Made by a program: the position numbers and the translations under genes. Positions 7,902 to 18,270 of a stretch of 33,116 nucleotides of DNA are shown one piece after another. This stretch comes from Candidatus Berkelbacteria bacterium CG10_big_fil_rev_8_21_14_0_10_41_12. Its GTDB lineage: Bacteria > Patescibacteriota > UBA1384 > 1-14-0-10-41-12. Location of the stretch: NCBI GenBank assembly GCA_002778735.1, contig PEZV01000004.1, positions 1 through 33,116 on the forward strand, in the 5' to 3' direction. The notes below the pieces were generated by a model. The model saw only the letters and a program-made list of their open reading frames with translations. It made no database searches and was not told the DNA's origin. Each line of letters opens with the position of its first letter. The stretch's first letter is position 1.

Positions 7902-8684
7902 CTACTTTTGTTTCTTTCCCACTCTTTTTGCAGCTGTTTTCCTTATAGTAACCTTCTTTTTGGCGCTGACTTCCTTATTTTTACTCTGCGACTTTAAAGC
8001 TTCGGACACAATTCCTAGATGCTCCATCATAATACTGGTCGATGTTTCCAGCGCTTCCTCGGGTGTAATTGTCCCATCTGTCGTTATATCAAAAATCACT
8101 TTATCAAAATTTGTCATTCCGCCAACGCGTGTGTTTTCAATCTCATAATGCACTTTCCTCACTGGCGCAAAACTACTATCTAAAAGAATGGTCCCGAGCG
8201 GAGCTTTTTTGTCTTGTTTTCTCTCCACCGGCACATATCCGCGACCTTTCGTAATAGTCATTTCCATATTAAGTTTGCCACCCTTTTCGAGCGAGGCAAT
8301 ATAGTGATCTTGATCGACGATTTCAACTTCGGAATTTTTGCTAAAATCCAGAGCTGTAACTTTCTTTGGACCCTTGATCGACAGTTTCAAAACTACTGGC
8401 TCATCAGAAAAAGATTTGACGCGAAGTGATTTAATATTTAATATCAAATCAACAACATCTTCTTTCATCCCCTTAATAGTCGTAAACTCATGTGTCGCTC
8501 CCTCGATTCTTACACTATCAACTGCTGCTCCTTCTAAGGAAGACAAAATAATCCTTCTTAGTGAATTGGCAATCGTTACGCCGTAGCCCGGCGAAAGAGG
8601 CTCTATTATAAAAGCACTACTGTTTTCACCAGTTTTGGCAGAAGACACCTTCAGAAAATTGGTTTCTGGCACTATATAATCCAT
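7902..8684 (-). CDS. rpoA: DNA-directed RNA polymerase alpha subunit, N-terminal domain only (260 aa, no alpha-CTD)
   Basis: Contains EPLSPGYGVTIANSLRRIILSSLEGAAV ... HEFTTIKGMKEDVVDLILNIK. It ends in a basic tail, and rplQ starts within 10 nt. AAGGAG precedes the ATG. Confidence 0.93.
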   Translation of the reverse strand: MDYIVPETNFLKVSSAKTGENSSAFIIEPLSPGYGVTIANSLRRIILSSLEGAAVDSVRIEGATHEFTTIKGMKEDVVDLILNIKSLRVKSFSDEPVVLKLSIKGPKKVTALDFSKNSEVEIVDQDHYIASLEKGGKLNMEMTITKGRGYVPVERKQDKKAPLGTILLDSSFAPVRKVHYEIENTRVGGMTNFDKVIFDITTDGTITPEEALETSTSIMMEHLGIVSEALKSQSKNKEVSAKKKVTIRKTAAKRVGKKQK

Positions 8685-8693
8685 ATATTCTCC

Positions 8694-9278
8694 TTATCTT
8701 GAATAATATTCAACGATTAATTGTTCATTTATCGCCGATCCGATTTCCTCTTTTATGGGAATTCTCACGACGGATATTTGTTTGTCTTTAACCTGATACC
8801 ATGAGGCTTTAGCTAATTTTTTAACACTTGTTTCATCCGGAATATTAATTACATCACCAGGTTTAATTAAATAACTGGGGGATTTCACATTTTTCTGATT
8901 AACTTTGACCCCCCTGTGTGTCATATATTGCCTTGCTGAAAATCTCGAATCAAATACACCAATCCTGTATAAGATATTATCAATCCTCGATTCCAACAAC
9001 TTCATTATTTTTTGACCTGTTGCTTCTCGTGAAGATAACGCCTTTTTATAAACATTTATCATCTGCGCCTCGTTTAGTCCATATCCAAATTTTACTTTCT
9101 GCTTTTCGGAAAGCTGTTGTGCATAGTTGGACGGTTTTCTTGATCTGTACCCGGAGGCCTTTTTACCTGGCGGAAAATTTCTCTGCTCAATCGCACATTT
9201 ATCACTCAAGCATCTATTTCCCTTTAAAAAAAGTTTTACTCCCGCCCTTCGGCAAATTTTGCATTTGGGATCTAACAT
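8694..9278 (-). CDS. rpsD: 30S ribosomal protein S4 (zinc-finger form)
   Basis: Contains CKICRRAGVKLFLKGNRC..DKC and an S4 domain. The start overlaps the rpsK stop (TAATG). Confidence 0.93.
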   Translation of the reverse strand: MLDPKCKICRRAGVKLFLKGNRCLSDKCAIEQRNFPPGKKASGYRSRKPSNYAQQLSEKQKVKFGYGLNEAQMINVYKKALSSREATGQKIMKLLESRIDNILYRIGVFDSRFSARQYMTHRGVKVNQKNVKSPSYLIKPGDVINIPDETSVKKLAKASWYQVKDKQISVVRIPIKEEIGSAINEQLIVEYYSR

Positions 9279-9667
9279 TATATTCTCCTAGGTTTTTTGG
9301 CTCTACATCCGTTATGCGGTATCGGGGTTACGTCATTAATTCTTGAAATTTTTAGGCCAGATCCAATTATTGCCCTTACAGCCGATTCTCGTCCCGCTCC
9401 CACACCACTTACATTAACCACTACTTCCTTTAATCCAACCGGTTTTGATTTTTCCAAAACCGCCTTCATCGCCTGGCCAGCTGCGTACGGAGTCGATTTC
9501 TTTGAACCCTTAAAGCCAAGGGAGCCGGCGCTAGACCAATTTATTACATTCCCCGACGTATCTGACAGCGTTACAATTGTATTATTAAAAGTGGATTTTA
9601 CATTCAATATTCCAGCTTCGACCACTCTTGTAACTTTTTTCTTTTTTGCAATAATTTTTTTAGCCAT
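9278..9667 (-). CDS. rpsK: 30S ribosomal protein S11
   Basis: Contains [14 protein letters not shown]...[20 protein letters not shown] ... [15 protein letters not shown]. Confidence 0.95.
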   Translation of the reverse strand: MAKKIIAKKKKVTRVVEAGILNVKSTFNNTIVTLSDTSGNVINWSSAGSLGFKGSKKSTPYAAGQAMKAVLEKSKPVGLKEVVVNVSGVGAGRESAVRAIIGSGLKISRINDVTPIPHNGCRAKKPRRI

Positions 9668-9675
9668 TTATATCC

Positions 9676-10059
9676 TTATGTTTTCTCAGCAGCTTTCTTT
9701 CTACCCGATCCAACAGTTACTCTCTTACCTCTTTTGGTCCTCGCATTTGTCTTGGTTCTTTGTCCTCTTACCGGCAAATTTTTAGCATGTCGTGTACCAA
9801 CATATGTGCCAATTTCTTTCAACCTTTTAATATTTCTCGCAGTCTCTATTCTTAAATCACCTTCGACTTTTAACTTCTCTACTTTTCGCCTTATTCTCTC
9901 AACTTCGTCATCATTTAATCTGTTAGTCCTTGTGTTTCTATCAATTTTTAAATCATCTAAAATTTTTCCACTCGTCGAAGCTCCAATTCCCATAATATAC
10001 ATCAAAGCGATTTCAATTCTTTTGTCGTTTGGTAAATTAACACCGGCTATTCGTGCCAT
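9676..10059 (-). CDS. rpsM: 30S ribosomal protein S13
   Basis: Contains MARIAGVNLPNDKRIEIALMYIMGIG ... RGQRTKTNARTKRG. Confidence 0.95.
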   Translation of the reverse strand: MARIAGVNLPNDKRIEIALMYIMGIGASTSGKILDDLKIDRNTRTNRLNDDEVERIRRKVEKLKVEGDLRIETARNIKRLKEIGTYVGTRHAKNLPVRGQRTKTNARTKRGKRVTVGSGRKKAAEKT

Positions 10060-10063
10060 ATTT

Positions 10064-10192
10064 TTATCCTTGCCTTTGCTTATGTTTGGGATTTCTGCAA
10101 ATTACGTAGACCACAACCTTACCGGTCTTGCCACGGCGTCTTATAATTTTACAATCGTTACAAATTTTTTTAACAGATGCGCTTACTCTCAT
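10064..10192 (-). CDS. rpmJ: 50S ribosomal protein L36 (42 aa). Not in the supplied ORF track because it is shorter than 60 aa
   Basis: Hand translation gives [42 protein letters not shown]. The C-x2-C...C-x5-H zinc pattern is retained. There are about 4-5 extra residues relative to the common 37-38 aa form. The ATG overlaps the infA TGA (ATGA). Confidence 0.85.
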   Translation of the reverse strand: MRVSASVKKICNDCKIIRRRGKTGKVVVYVICRNPKHKQRQG

Positions 10193-10419
10193 TTTTTCGG
10201 ATTTAACCTTCTTATTACTCTTCCTTTTGATAAGTCATATGGGCTAACTTCGACAATCACCCTATCACCTTCTACAACTTTAATGTAATGTATCCTCATT
10301 TTACCCGATAAGTGCCCAATGATTTTATGACCATTATCCAATTCAATACAAAACAAAGCATTAGGTAATGCTTCAGTTACCACCCCCTCCAATTCAATCT
10401 TTTCTTGGGTACTGGACAC
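10189..10419 (-). CDS. infA: Translation initiation factor IF-1
   Basis: Contains [35 protein letters not shown]...[16 protein letters not shown]. It has a GTG start at 10419 with GAGG upstream. Confidence 0.93.
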   Translation of the reverse strand: MSSTQEKIELEGVVTEALPNALFCIELDNGHKIIGHLSGKMRIHYIKVVEGDRVIVEVSPYDLSKGRVIRRLNPKK

Positions 10420-10464
10420 TCAACCTCAACTCAATCTTAATAACATAATAAAAATACCATATAT

Positions 10465-11232
10465 TTACCACTGTGTCAATATTCTACAACCCGTTCTTGT
10501 CACTTCAACGGTGTATTCGAACTGCGCAGATGTCGTGTCGTCCCTTGTCAGAACCGTCCAGCCACTGCCGTCTACTTTAATATTTCCATCTCCCAAGGTC
10601 GCCATTGGTTCGATCGCAAGCACATTACCTTCTTGAAGAAGAGGACCGCTCCCGGATTTACCATAATTTCTTATTGAAGGCCCCTCATGCAAAGATTTAC
10701 CAACACCATGGCCAGTTAAGTCCTTTACAATTCCTAATCCTTCCACAGACAATATTTTCTCGATTGTATATTCCACATCACCTAAATGAATTTTCGGCTT
10801 AATAATTTTCACTGCCTCATTGAGAGCCTTCTTGGTGATACGTAACAACTTTTGTGCCTCATTACTAATTTTACCAACCGGAACAGTCACAGCACAATCC
10901 GAATAGTAGCCATCGTATTTTACACCTAAATCTATTCCTATTAAATCTGATTCTTTTATTTTTCTGCTGTCAGGAAGCCCGTGAACAACTGCATTATTTA
11001 CCGAAATACAAGTTGCAAATTCGTACCCGTTATATCCTAAAAAGGCCGGTTCACATCCCCTTACCTTTATTAGTCTCCTGGCTCTCTGCTCCAGCTCTAT
11101 TGGCGTCACCCCAGGTTTAATATTCTTTATCAATTCTTTCAAAACAAAAGCTGAAATTTGCGATGATTTCCTAATCTTTTTTAATTCCTCACTATTGTAG
11201 ACTGGGAAATAATTATTAATAGGATTCATCAT
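10465..11232 (-). CDS. map: Methionine aminopeptidase, type I
   Basis: Metal-ligand context is present (...SVNNAVVHG ... DLGVKYDGYYSDCA ... GHGVGKSLHE ... LAIEPM ... EYTV). Confidence 0.93.
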   Translation of the reverse strand: MMNPINNYFPVYNSEELKKIRKSSQISAFVLKELIKNIKPGVTPIELEQRARRLIKVRGCEPAFLGYNGYEFATCISVNNAVVHGLPDSRKIKESDLIGIDLGVKYDGYYSDCAVTVPVGKISNEAQKLLRITKKALNEAVKIIKPKIHLGDVEYTIEKILSVEGLGIVKDLTGHGVGKSLHEGPSIRNYGKSGSGPLLQEGNVLAIEPMATLGDGNIKVDGSGWTVLTRDDTTSAQFEYTVEVTRTGCRILTQW

Positions 11233-12490
11233 AACTCCTCATTGCAAGTTGGGCATCTATCTGTCTGACTAATTCCAAAACAACCGAGACAATAATTAAT
11301 ATTCCTGTTCCGCCAATAGCTAAAGTTTTAATATTCGTCAAAGATTGAAGTATAAATGGAAAAACGGCAACAATCGATATCCCAATTGCACCAGAAAACG
11401 TAACCTTATAAATTACACTTGATAAATATTGTGCTGTTTGTATTCCCGGTCTGATACCCGGCACAAAGCCACCCTGCTTCTGCAGATTTTCTGCCATTTG
11501 GTTCGGCTGAAATATCACCGAGGTATAGAAGAAAGTGAAAAGAAAGACCAAGACAAAAAATAATATTGTGTAATAAGTATTATTGCTCAAAAAGCTACCG
11601 GCAACAGACCCGATATTCTGTAAAGTAACGCTATTTGCTGTTTTTAAATACTGCGCAAGAAAGTTCGGCATTATTAGCATACTGGTCGCAAAGATGATAG
11701 GTATAACCCCGGCTGCATTTGGCTTAATGGGTAAATAGGATTCTACTGGCGAGAGTGTTCTTCCCAGAGAAGCCCTTCTCGCATAACTGACTGGTATTCT
11801 TCTTTCTGCTTCCGTAATTAACACAATAAATATAACAACTAATATTGCCGCAATGATTATTTCTGCTGCGATTAAATATCTTGCATCAAGAATTTGTGCT
11901 GTTGCGACAATCTGTGAAGGAAGCCCCGCTATAATACCTAACGCAATAATAATTGAGAGACCGTTCCCAATGCCGTTTTCACTTATCAGCTCTCCGATCC
12001 ACATCAGAAAAACGCTTCCTGCTGTCGCTAATACCAAAGTAAAAATAAGCTGTTCGGTTGTCAACACACCCACTACTCCTTGTGATTGAAGTAATTTCAC
12101 TAGACCGAAAGATTCTATAAGCCCGAAGGGAACTGATAAATACCTGGTATATTGATTAATTTTTTGCCTACCATATTCACCCTCTTTCTGTAGATTTTCT
12201 AAACTTGGCACTACTACCGTAAGAAGCTGAATAACGATAGAAGCCGTAATATATGGACCAACTCCAAGCATAGCAATCGAGAAACGGCTGATTGAACCGC
12301 CGGAAAACAAATCAATCATACCTAGAACCTGATTATTCTCAAAAAAACTTTTCAACCCTTGAATATCAATAAATGGAAGCGGCACATGCGTAAGAAACCT
12401 AAAAACTAATAAAAGTGCAATAGTATAAAGGATCTTCTTTCTTAGATCCTGCAGCGTAAAAGCTCTTTTTATAGTTTCGATAAATTTCAT
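11216..12490 (-). CDS. secY: Preprotein translocase subunit SecY
   Basis: A 424-aa polytopic membrane protein at the canonical position after rplO. Contains [29 protein letters not shown] and PIIFATS. Confidence 0.95.
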   Translation of the reverse strand: MKFIETIKRAFTLQDLRKKILYTIALLLVFRFLTHVPLPFIDIQGLKSFFENNQVLGMIDLFSGGSISRFSIAMLGVGPYITASIVIQLLTVVVPSLENLQKEGEYGRQKINQYTRYLSVPFGLIESFGLVKLLQSQGVVGVLTTEQLIFTLVLATAGSVFLMWIGELISENGIGNGLSIIIALGIIAGLPSQIVATAQILDARYLIAAEIIIAAILVVIFIVLITEAERRIPVSYARRASLGRTLSPVESYLPIKPNAAGVIPIIFATSMLIMPNFLAQYLKTANSVTLQNIGSVAGSFLSNNTYYTILFFVLVFLFTFFYTSVIFQPNQMAENLQKQGGFVPGIRPGIQTAQYLSSVIYKVTFSGAIGISIVAVFPFILQSLTNIKTLAIGGTGILIIVSVVLELVRQIDAQLAMRSYDESY

Positions 12491-12927
12491 TTGTCTGCTT
12501 TTTTGTCTAACTCCAGAGTTTGCAAACTTTTCGATAAAATGATATCTTGGCTAAACCTAAAATATTTTGGTAAATCCCCCTTTTTTATCAATTTTACCCT
12601 GACATTTATTTTTTTAGATTTCAAGTTTACGCCTAATTTTTTAATAATATTCTGAGACGTTATTTCTTTTTTTGAATCAAATAATTTCACGATAGTGCCG
12701 GTAGTAACAGATAACGTTTCATATCTTTTATTTGATTTAAAACCCCTTTTTTTAGGTAACCTCATCCATATCGGTGTCTGACCACCTCCTAAAAAGGTCG
12801 TCTTTGCACCTGTCCTTGATTTTTGTCCTTTAGTTCCTCGGCCCGCGGTTTTTCCAAACTTAGCGGAAATCCCTCTACCTTTCCTATGGGTCCCCTTTAC
12901 AGTTTTGTTTAAATCATTTAGTTTCAT
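12487..12927 (-). CDS. rplO: 50S ribosomal protein L15
   Basis: Contains [24 protein letters not shown] and sits at the canonical position. Confidence 0.93.
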   Translation of the reverse strand: MKLNDLNKTVKGTHRKGRGISAKFGKTAGRGTKGQKSRTGAKTTFLGGGQTPIWMRLPKKRGFKSNKRYETLSVTTGTIVKLFDSKKEITSQNIIKKLGVNLKSKKINVRVKLIKKGDLPKYFRFSQDIILSKSLQTLELDKKADK

Positions 12928-12931
12928 TTTA

Positions 12932-13405
12932 TTACTCCGCCCGATTTGCAGCTGCTACTGTTTTACCAAGCGCTAAAATTGCCGCCTTAGCGTTATTAAT
13001 CTTATTCGTTGAACCAATAGACTTTGCTACAACATTCTTCAGCCCCAGTGCCTCAACCACGGCCCGAACCGTTCCTCCTGCAATTACTGATGCGCCTTCT
13101 TTGGCCGGTTTCATCATAACAGTAGTTGCTCCGTAGGTAGCCTTCACATCATGAAGCACAGAGCCTTCTTTACTAATTGGAATTTTTACCATTCTCTTTT
13201 TGGCTTGCGAGGTGGCCTTAGCAATTGAGTTTGCAACTTCGGTAGACTTACCAACACCCAGCCCCACCTTACCCTTTCTATCTCCCACAACTACCAATGC
13301 TCGAAACCTAATTCTCCTGCCGCCTTTTACGGTACGGCTTACTCTATTAATTTCAATAACTCGTTCCTCGTACTCTTTTTCTTGTCTCCTACTAACTTCT
13401 TTCAT
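12932..13405 (-). CDS. rpsE: 30S ribosomal protein S5
   Basis: Contains [39 protein letters not shown]. Confidence 0.95.
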   Translation of the reverse strand: MKEVSRRQEKEYEERVIEINRVSRTVKGGRRIRFRALVVVGDRKGKVGLGVGKSTEVANSIAKATSQAKKRMVKIPISKEGSVLHDVKATYGATTVMMKPAKEGASVIAGGTVRAVVEALGLKNVVAKSIGSTNKINNAKAAILALGKTVAAANRAE

Positions 13406-13413
13406 ATAATCTC

Positions 13414-13704
13414 CTAAAATTTAAGTCCTTGTTCTCTAAGCGTATCAGCGAATTTTCTAACATAGCCATGATATTTATAGCCGCTTCGATCAAAGATAAT
13501 TTCAGTAATTTTATTTTTCTTACACTCAGATACTAATACATCCGCGAGAGATTGAGAATCTTTATCAAATCTCTTACCAAGAGACACTCTTCCACTTATT
13601 AACACACCTTCATTGTCTGCTAAATTTGCGTAGAAATATTTTAAGCTCTTTTTCACAAATATTCTGAGTCGTCGAGTTGTAGTTTTTTGATTTTTTTTCT
13701 CCAT
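13414..13704 (-). CDS. rplR: 50S ribosomal protein L18 (short, 96 aa)
   Basis: C-terminal IFDRSGYKYHGYVRKFADTLREQGLKF. Located between rplF and rpsE. Confidence 0.9.
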   Translation of the reverse strand: MEKKNQKTTTRRLRIFVKKSLKYFYANLADNEGVLISGRVSLGKRFDKDSQSLADVLVSECKKNKITEIIFDRSGYKYHGYVRKFADTLREQGLKF

Positions 13705-14255
13705 TATTGCGTGCTCCCTGTCTTGACTGCTTTTCCAACTTTCCTTATAACATACTCGTTCATGTATCTAATACCTTTTCCCTTGTATGGCTCAGGTTTC
13801 TTTATGTCACGAATTTTTGAGGCAACTTCACCCACGAGTTGCTTGTCTATGCCCGAAACTGTAATAATATTTTTAACTACTTTTACTTCAATATTTTCTG
13901 GAATTTTAAATCTCACCAGGTGCGAAAAACCTACACTCAAAACAAGTTCATTTTCTTCCAGCGCAGCGCGGTACCCAACACCTTTAATTTCTAATTTTTT
14001 CTCAAATCCTTCAGTAACACCGTTAATTGCATTATTTATAAGTGTTCTCACCAACCCATGTAATGATCTCGAAAGCCTGTCATTACTCTTTCGCTTTACA
14101 ATAATTTTTTCACCTTCTCTAACTTCAACCAGAATTTTGGTATGAATTTTAACCTCTACAACGCCTTTTGGCCCAGATACCTCCAAAACGTTATTATTTA
14201 AATTAACCTTGACGCCTTCTTTAATTGTCACCGGTTTATTACCTATCCTGCTCAT
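13704..14255 (-). CDS. rplF: 50S ribosomal protein L6
   Basis: Contains MSRIGNKPVTIKEGVKV ... EIKGVGYRA ... PEPYKGKGIRY. Confidence 0.95.
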   Translation of the reverse strand: MSRIGNKPVTIKEGVKVNLNNNVLEVSGPKGVVEVKIHTKILVEVREGEKIIVKRKSNDRLSRSLHGLVRTLINNAINGVTEGFEKKLEIKGVGYRAALEENELVLSVGFSHLVRFKIPENIEVKVVKNIITVSGIDKQLVGEVASKIRDIKKPEPYKGKGIRYMNEYVIRKVGKAVKTGSTQ

Positions 14256-14256
14256 T

Positions 14257-14634
14257 CTATCTTACCTCACATATTAATTCACCACCGTGACCCATCTTTC
14301 TTGCCTCTTCACCCGACAATATTCCAATGGGAGTTGAAATCACTATAATTCCCGTCTCCTCAAAAAAACAGGGTATCCTCGAAGATTTTGTGTACACTCT
14401 TTTTCCGGGCTTAGAAATCCTTTTGATTGAAACCATTGGTTTCGCTTTATCTAAGCTGACTTCTATATTTTTATTTTCCTTATCCTCTTTTATCCCCGAA
14501 ACATAACCATTTTTTTTCAAAACACTCAAAATCGAGAGTTTCGATTTTGAATACGGGACTATAATCATTTTTTGATTGATAGTCTTGGCATTTTTGATTC
14601 TCACCAGCAAATCTGCAATTGGATCTGATATCAT
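14257..14634 (-). CDS. rpsH: 30S ribosomal protein S8
   Basis: Contains SDPIADLLVRIKNA ... GGELICEV. Confidence 0.95.
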   Translation of the reverse strand: MISDPIADLLVRIKNAKTINQKMIIVPYSKSKLSILSVLKKNGYVSGIKEDKENKNIEVSLDKAKPMVSIKRISKPGKRVYTKSSRIPCFFEETGIIVISTPIGILSGEEARKMGHGGELICEVR

Positions 14635-14643
14635 TTTTTCTCC

Positions 14644-14829
14644 TTACCAGGATGATTTTATTACGCCCGGTATTTTTCCCTTGCTCGCTAATTCCCTAAA
14701 ACAAATTCGGCATATTCCAAAATCCGAGAGATATCCTCTCTTTCTCCCACAAATTGAACATCTCGTGACCTTCCTCGTTGAAAATTTTGGTTTTCTTTTT
14801 GCTTTCTCTAATAACGCTTTTCGTGCCAT
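14644..14829 (-). CDS. rpsN: 30S ribosomal protein S14, type Z (zinc-binding, 61 aa)
   Basis: Contains [38 protein letters not shown]. Confidence 0.93.
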   Translation of the reverse strand: MARKALLEKAKRKPKFSTRKVTRCSICGRKRGYLSDFGICRICFRELASKGKIPGVIKSSW

Positions 14830-14831
14830 AA

Positions 14832-15368
14832 TTACCTCTTTTTGATTGGCATCCCAATCATATCTAAAAATTTCTTATTTAATTTGATGTCAGAGTTTTC
14901 AAATACTATCGTCACTGCCAATCCCCAAGTCGCCGTTACATCTTCTTGTTCAATCTCAGGAAAAATTATATGCTCTCTTATTGCAAACGTATAATTTCCT
15001 TCCCGATCAAATCCTTTCTCGTCTAACCCTTTAAAATCTCTTATTCTCGGAATACTCAAATTTATTAATTTTTCAAGAAAGTCCCACATTTTTTTATTTC
15101 TAAGCGTTACTACAAATCCAACATGATCATTTATCCTTACTTTAAAACCAGAAATAGACTTTTTGGAAATTGTTTTTTTGGGTATCTGACCAGTTATTTT
15201 TATCAAATCATTTTTAATCAATTCAACGGTATTTTTATCCGCACGAAAAGGTCCTATTCCAGAATTTACGACGATTTTGTTAATCATAGACAAGCTTAGC
15301 CTATTTACGTTCTGTTCTTTTGCCATTTGTGGTGCCACTTGCTTATTTACTTTGTCTTGCAGTCTCAT
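14832..15368 (-). CDS. rplE: 50S ribosomal protein L5
   Basis: Contains KIVVNSGIG ... FVVTLR ... [21 protein letters not shown] ... [16 protein letters not shown]. Confidence 0.95.
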   Translation of the reverse strand: MRLQDKVNKQVAPQMAKEQNVNRLSLSMINKIVVNSGIGPFRADKNTVELIKNDLIKITGQIPKKTISKKSISGFKVRINDHVGFVVTLRNKKMWDFLEKLINLSIPRIRDFKGLDEKGFDREGNYTFAIREHIIFPEIEQEDVTATWGLAVTIVFENSDIKLNKKFLDMIGMPIKKR

Positions 15369-15672
15369 ATGTGATTACCTCTTTACACCTTTTACATATT
15401 CTCGAAACATTCTCGCCTGTTTTTTTAAATCCCACTCTGGTTGGTCTATTGCAGCTTGGGCAAACTACGACAACATTAGAAATATCAATCGCTAATTCCT
15501 TATCTACAATTCCCCCTTGAGGATTTATTTTTGACGGTTTGATATGTTTCTTCATCTTATTTATTGACTCAACTAAAATTTTGTCCGACTTTACAGACAA
15601 AACTTTGCCAGTTTTTCCTTTGTCTTTCCCGCTATTTATATATACGATGTCATTTATTTTAAGCTTTTTCAT
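15343..15672 (-). CDS. rplX: 50S ribosomal protein L24 (with CxxC...CxxC ribbon)
   Basis: KOW motif (DIVYINSGKDKGKTGKVL) plus CPSC...CKRC. The 3' end overlaps the rplE start by 26 nt. Confidence 0.93.
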   Translation of the reverse strand: MKKLKINDIVYINSGKDKGKTGKVLSVKSDKILVESINKMKKHIKPSKINPQGGIVDKELAIDISNVVVVCPSCNRPTRVGFKKTGENVSRICKRCKEVITYETARQSK

Positions 15673-16037
15673 TATAAAACCTCTTTGGCAAGTGATACTA
15701 TTTTGGTAAATCCTACATCACGTATTTCTCTTGCTACAGGACCAAAAATCCTCGTTCCCCTCATTTGGTTATTATCAATAACAACAACTGCATTATCGTC
15801 AAATCTTATGGTTGATCCGTCTTTTCTCCTATATGGTGCTTTCTGCCTAACAATGATAGCTCGGCACACTTCTTTTTTCTTTACTGTAGAGTGTGGCGAG
15901 GCGGATTTAATCGAGATATTGATAATACCACCTATCTCAGCGTACCGTTTAGCCCCACGAGAAAGTATTCGGATACACATAGCTTCCTTCGCACCGGTAT
16001 TGTCAGTTACAACAACCTTTGTATACGGCTGAATCAT
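15672..16037 (-). CDS. rplN: 50S ribosomal protein L14
   Basis: Contains [25 protein letters not shown] ... [11 protein letters not shown]. Confidence 0.95.
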   Translation of the reverse strand: MIQPYTKVVVTDNTGAKEAMCIRILSRGAKRYAEIGGIINISIKSASPHSTVKKKEVCRAIIVRQKAPYRRKDGSTIRFDDNAVVVIDNNQMRGTRIFGPVAREIRDVGFTKIVSLAKEVL

Positions 16038-16306
16038 AAGATATCCTCTTCGACCTCGCTTAAATGCACAACCTTTTCAATTACTTTATTTAACTTAAAT
16101 GATTTCTTCTTGGACACAGGTTTAACAGAAACAATTTCAACCTTATCTCCCTTGGACAATTCACCTTTAAAATCAATCAAGAAATTTTTTGATTTTTTAT
16201 AAATTTTTTGGTATTTAGCATGTCTAACTAATCTGCTAACCTGAACAATAGCAGTATTTTTGCCGGATATATTTATCACTATTCCCGTTAATTTTTTAAT
16301 TGCCAT
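16034..16306 (-). CDS. rpsQ: 30S ribosomal protein S17
   Basis: Contains [29 protein letters not shown]. Located between rpmC and rplN. Confidence 0.92.
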   Translation of the reverse strand: MAIKKLTGIVINISGKNTAIVQVSRLVRHAKYQKIYKKSKNFLIDFKGELSKGDKVEIVSVKPVSKKKSFKLNKVIEKVVHLSEVEEDIL

Positions 16307-16520
16307 CGTTTTCTCCTAATTTTTCTGAAATCTTTTGTGAAATAACTGTTTCAATTCTCGCGATTTTTTTACGCAGCAGTTTTCCTTTATTGGCCTGTTT
16401 AGCCCTCTGGGTGCTGCTTAGCGAGAAATCCAAATATTCCTTTCGGGTTTTTACTAATTCCGTCATAAGTTTTTCGTCGCCCATTAATCTTAATTGTTTT
16501 AATTCTTCTTTAACCTTCAT
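16296..16520 (-). CDS. rpmC: 50S ribosomal protein L29
   Basis: Small helical protein (ELKQLRLMGDEKLMTELVKTRKEY) at the canonical position. Confidence 0.9.
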   Translation of the reverse strand: MKVKEELKQLRLMGDEKLMTELVKTRKEYLDFSLSSTQRAKQANKGKLLRKKIARIETVISQKISEKLGENDGN

Positions 16521-16930
16521 TATCTCTCCTTTTCAACAAAAATGGTTTTTACTGAGAGTTTGTGGCTTGCAAGACGCATTGCTTCCCGTGCCACAATCTC
16601 TGTTACACCATCAATCTCAAATATTATTCTTCCCGGCCTAACCACCGCAACAAAATGGTCCGGCGATCCTTTACCGCCACCCATACCAACTTCGGCAGGA
16701 GTGGCTGTCACTACTTTATCCGGAAAAATTCTAATCCATATCTTTCCACCTCTCTTACAGTATCTTGTCATCGCTCTTCTGGCAGCTTCGATCTGACGAC
16801 TACTAATCCAACCTCTTTCAATAGCTTTAATTGCAAATTTACCAAAACTAATCTCACTGCCTCTTATATCAACCCCCGGCATTTTACCTCTAAAATGTTT
16901 TCTATGTTTTAATTTTCTTGGAATTAACAT
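16520..16930 (-). CDS. rplP: 50S ribosomal protein L16
   Basis: Contains [17 protein letters not shown] ... [22 protein letters not shown]. Confidence 0.95.
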   Translation of the reverse strand: MLIPRKLKHRKHFRGKMPGVDIRGSEISFGKFAIKAIERGWISSRQIEAARRAMTRYCKRGGKIWIRIFPDKVVTATPAEVGMGGGKGSPDHFVAVVRPGRIIFEIDGVTEIVAREAMRLASHKLSVKTIFVEKER

Positions 16931-17568
16931 TATTCGCCTTCTTGCTTATTGCCTTGATTAATCCAAACTTTAATCCCAATTACCCCATATGTCGTTCTTG
17001 CATGGCATACCGCAAAATCGATATTTTTCCTCAGCGTCGAAAGTGGTACTGAACCATTAGAAAATTTTTCACGTCTTGCAATCTCCGCACCACCAAGACG
17101 CCCGGAGATTGATATTTTGACGCCTTTTGCCCCAGCATCCATAATTTTCGAAACTGTCTGTTTCACGGCCCGCCTATAAGGTAATCTTTTGGATATTTGG
17201 ATTCCGATTGTATCCGCCATAATTTGCGCATCCAGTTCTGCCTTTTTTACCTCAAGAACATCCAGCTTAAACTTCGATTTTATTTTCTTTGCAATTCTCT
17301 CACGAAGAAGCATTAATCCTTTGCCACCGCGCCCAATCAACACCCCCGGCCTAGCAGTGAAAATTGATATTTTAAGATCACTAATACTTCTATCGATTTC
17401 AATACGGCTAATCAGCGCCTGCGGGCCTGCCTCTTTAAAAATGATTTTCCTTATCTGATCGTCTTCAGCAATCTTCTCGGCATATTCCGGTCCCTCAGCA
17501 AACCACCTACTTTGCCAAGCTTTATTTAAAATCATTCTATTTATAATTGGATTAGACTTTTGGCCCAT
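16930..17568 (-). CDS. rpsC: 30S ribosomal protein S3
   Basis: Contains MGQKSNPII...WQSRWFA, a KH domain and [12 protein letters not shown]. Confidence 0.95.
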   Translation of the reverse strand: MGQKSNPIINRMILNKAWQSRWFAEGPEYAEKIAEDDQIRKIIFKEAGPQALISRIEIDRSISDLKISIFTARPGVLIGRGGKGLMLLRERIAKKIKSKFKLDVLEVKKAELDAQIMADTIGIQISKRLPYRRAVKQTVSKIMDAGAKGVKISISGRLGGAEIARREKFSNGSVPLSTLRKNIDFAVCHARTTYGVIGIKVWINQGNKQEGE

Positions 17569-17944
17569 TTTTCCCTATCTTTTTATTTATTTTTTTCTCA
17601 TGCGTCTTCTTTACCACGTTTTCACCTGCTACCATTGACAAATGAGACATTCTTTTTAAAATTCTATTTGCATGTCCGCGACCGGCAAATATCCTTCTTT
17701 TTAATCTCGGACCTTCTTTGCAAACCACATTCTGAACTACTATGTTGTCATCACTTATACCCTTATCTTTCAAGATAGCCTTAATCTGTTTAATCAGGGC
17801 GAGATATTGGGATGCTGATTTCTTATTTAAATTTTCCAGTTGATCTTCAGCATCTTGAATTTTCATACCGCGAATCAGGTCCGCTACTAAACGGGCTTTT
17901 TTGGGACTAACCTTCTGATATCTTGAAGAAACTTTAATCTCCAT
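17552..17944 (-). CDS. rplV: 50S ribosomal protein L22
   Basis: Contains [15 protein letters not shown] ... [25 protein letters not shown]. Confidence 0.93.
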   Translation of the reverse strand: MEIKVSSRYQKVSPKKARLVADLIRGMKIQDAEDQLENLNKKSASQYLALIKQIKAILKDKGISDDNIVVQNVVCKEGPRLKRRIFAGRGHANRILKRMSHLSMVAGENVVKKTHEKKINKKIGKNGPKV

Positions 17945-18269
17945 TTTTCACTTCTCCGCTTCTTATCTCTCCACCTTTTGTCTCTTCTTCGCCCTGTTCT
18001 CTCGCCATTCTTCCGCCATGCTTCCTAAATTTTCTGGTATGCGAGAATTCACCCAACTTATGACCAACCATATCTTCTGATATAAAAACGTTGATGTGTT
18101 CCCTTCCATTATGTACACCAAAAGTCAGACCTACCATCTCAGGATAAATTGTGCTTGACCTTGACCATGTTTTTATTATTGTTCCCTTCCCCGAGCTCGA
18201 CTTAAGTTGCTCTACTTTTTTCATGAGTTTCGGATCAATAAACGGTCCTTTTTTAAGTGATCTTGACAT
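17934..18269 (-). CDS. rpsS: 30S ribosomal protein S19 with an acidic/Gly-rich C-terminal extension
   Basis: Contains [15 protein letters not shown] ... [33 protein letters not shown]. The ATG at 18269 lies 1 nt after the rplB stop. The longer ORF reaching 18341 would overlap rplB. Confidence 0.93.
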   Translation of the reverse strand: MSRSLKKGPFIDPKLMKKVEQLKSSSGKGTIIKTWSRSSTIYPEMVGLTFGVHNGREHINVFISEDMVGHKLGEFSHTRKFRKHGGRMAREQGEEETKGGEIRSGEVKNGD

Positions 18270-18270
18270 A

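Noticed and set aside
9297-10288. Long + strand ORFs (162 aa at 9297-9785 and 184 aa at 9734-10288) antisense to rpsK, rpsM, rpmJ and infA
   Set aside because: They lie entirely opposite well-conserved ribosomal genes. Their Leu/Phe/Ser/Thr-rich translations look like mirror images of Lys/Glu-rich genes. They have no ribosome-binding sites and no recognisable motifs, so I treat them as shadow ORFs.
13687-14145. 152-aa + strand ORF antisense to rplF. The same applies to the shorter antisense ORFs listed in the track within leuS, rpoB, rpoC, fusA and the other genes
   Set aside because: Same reasoning. All lie inside and opposite confidently identified genes.
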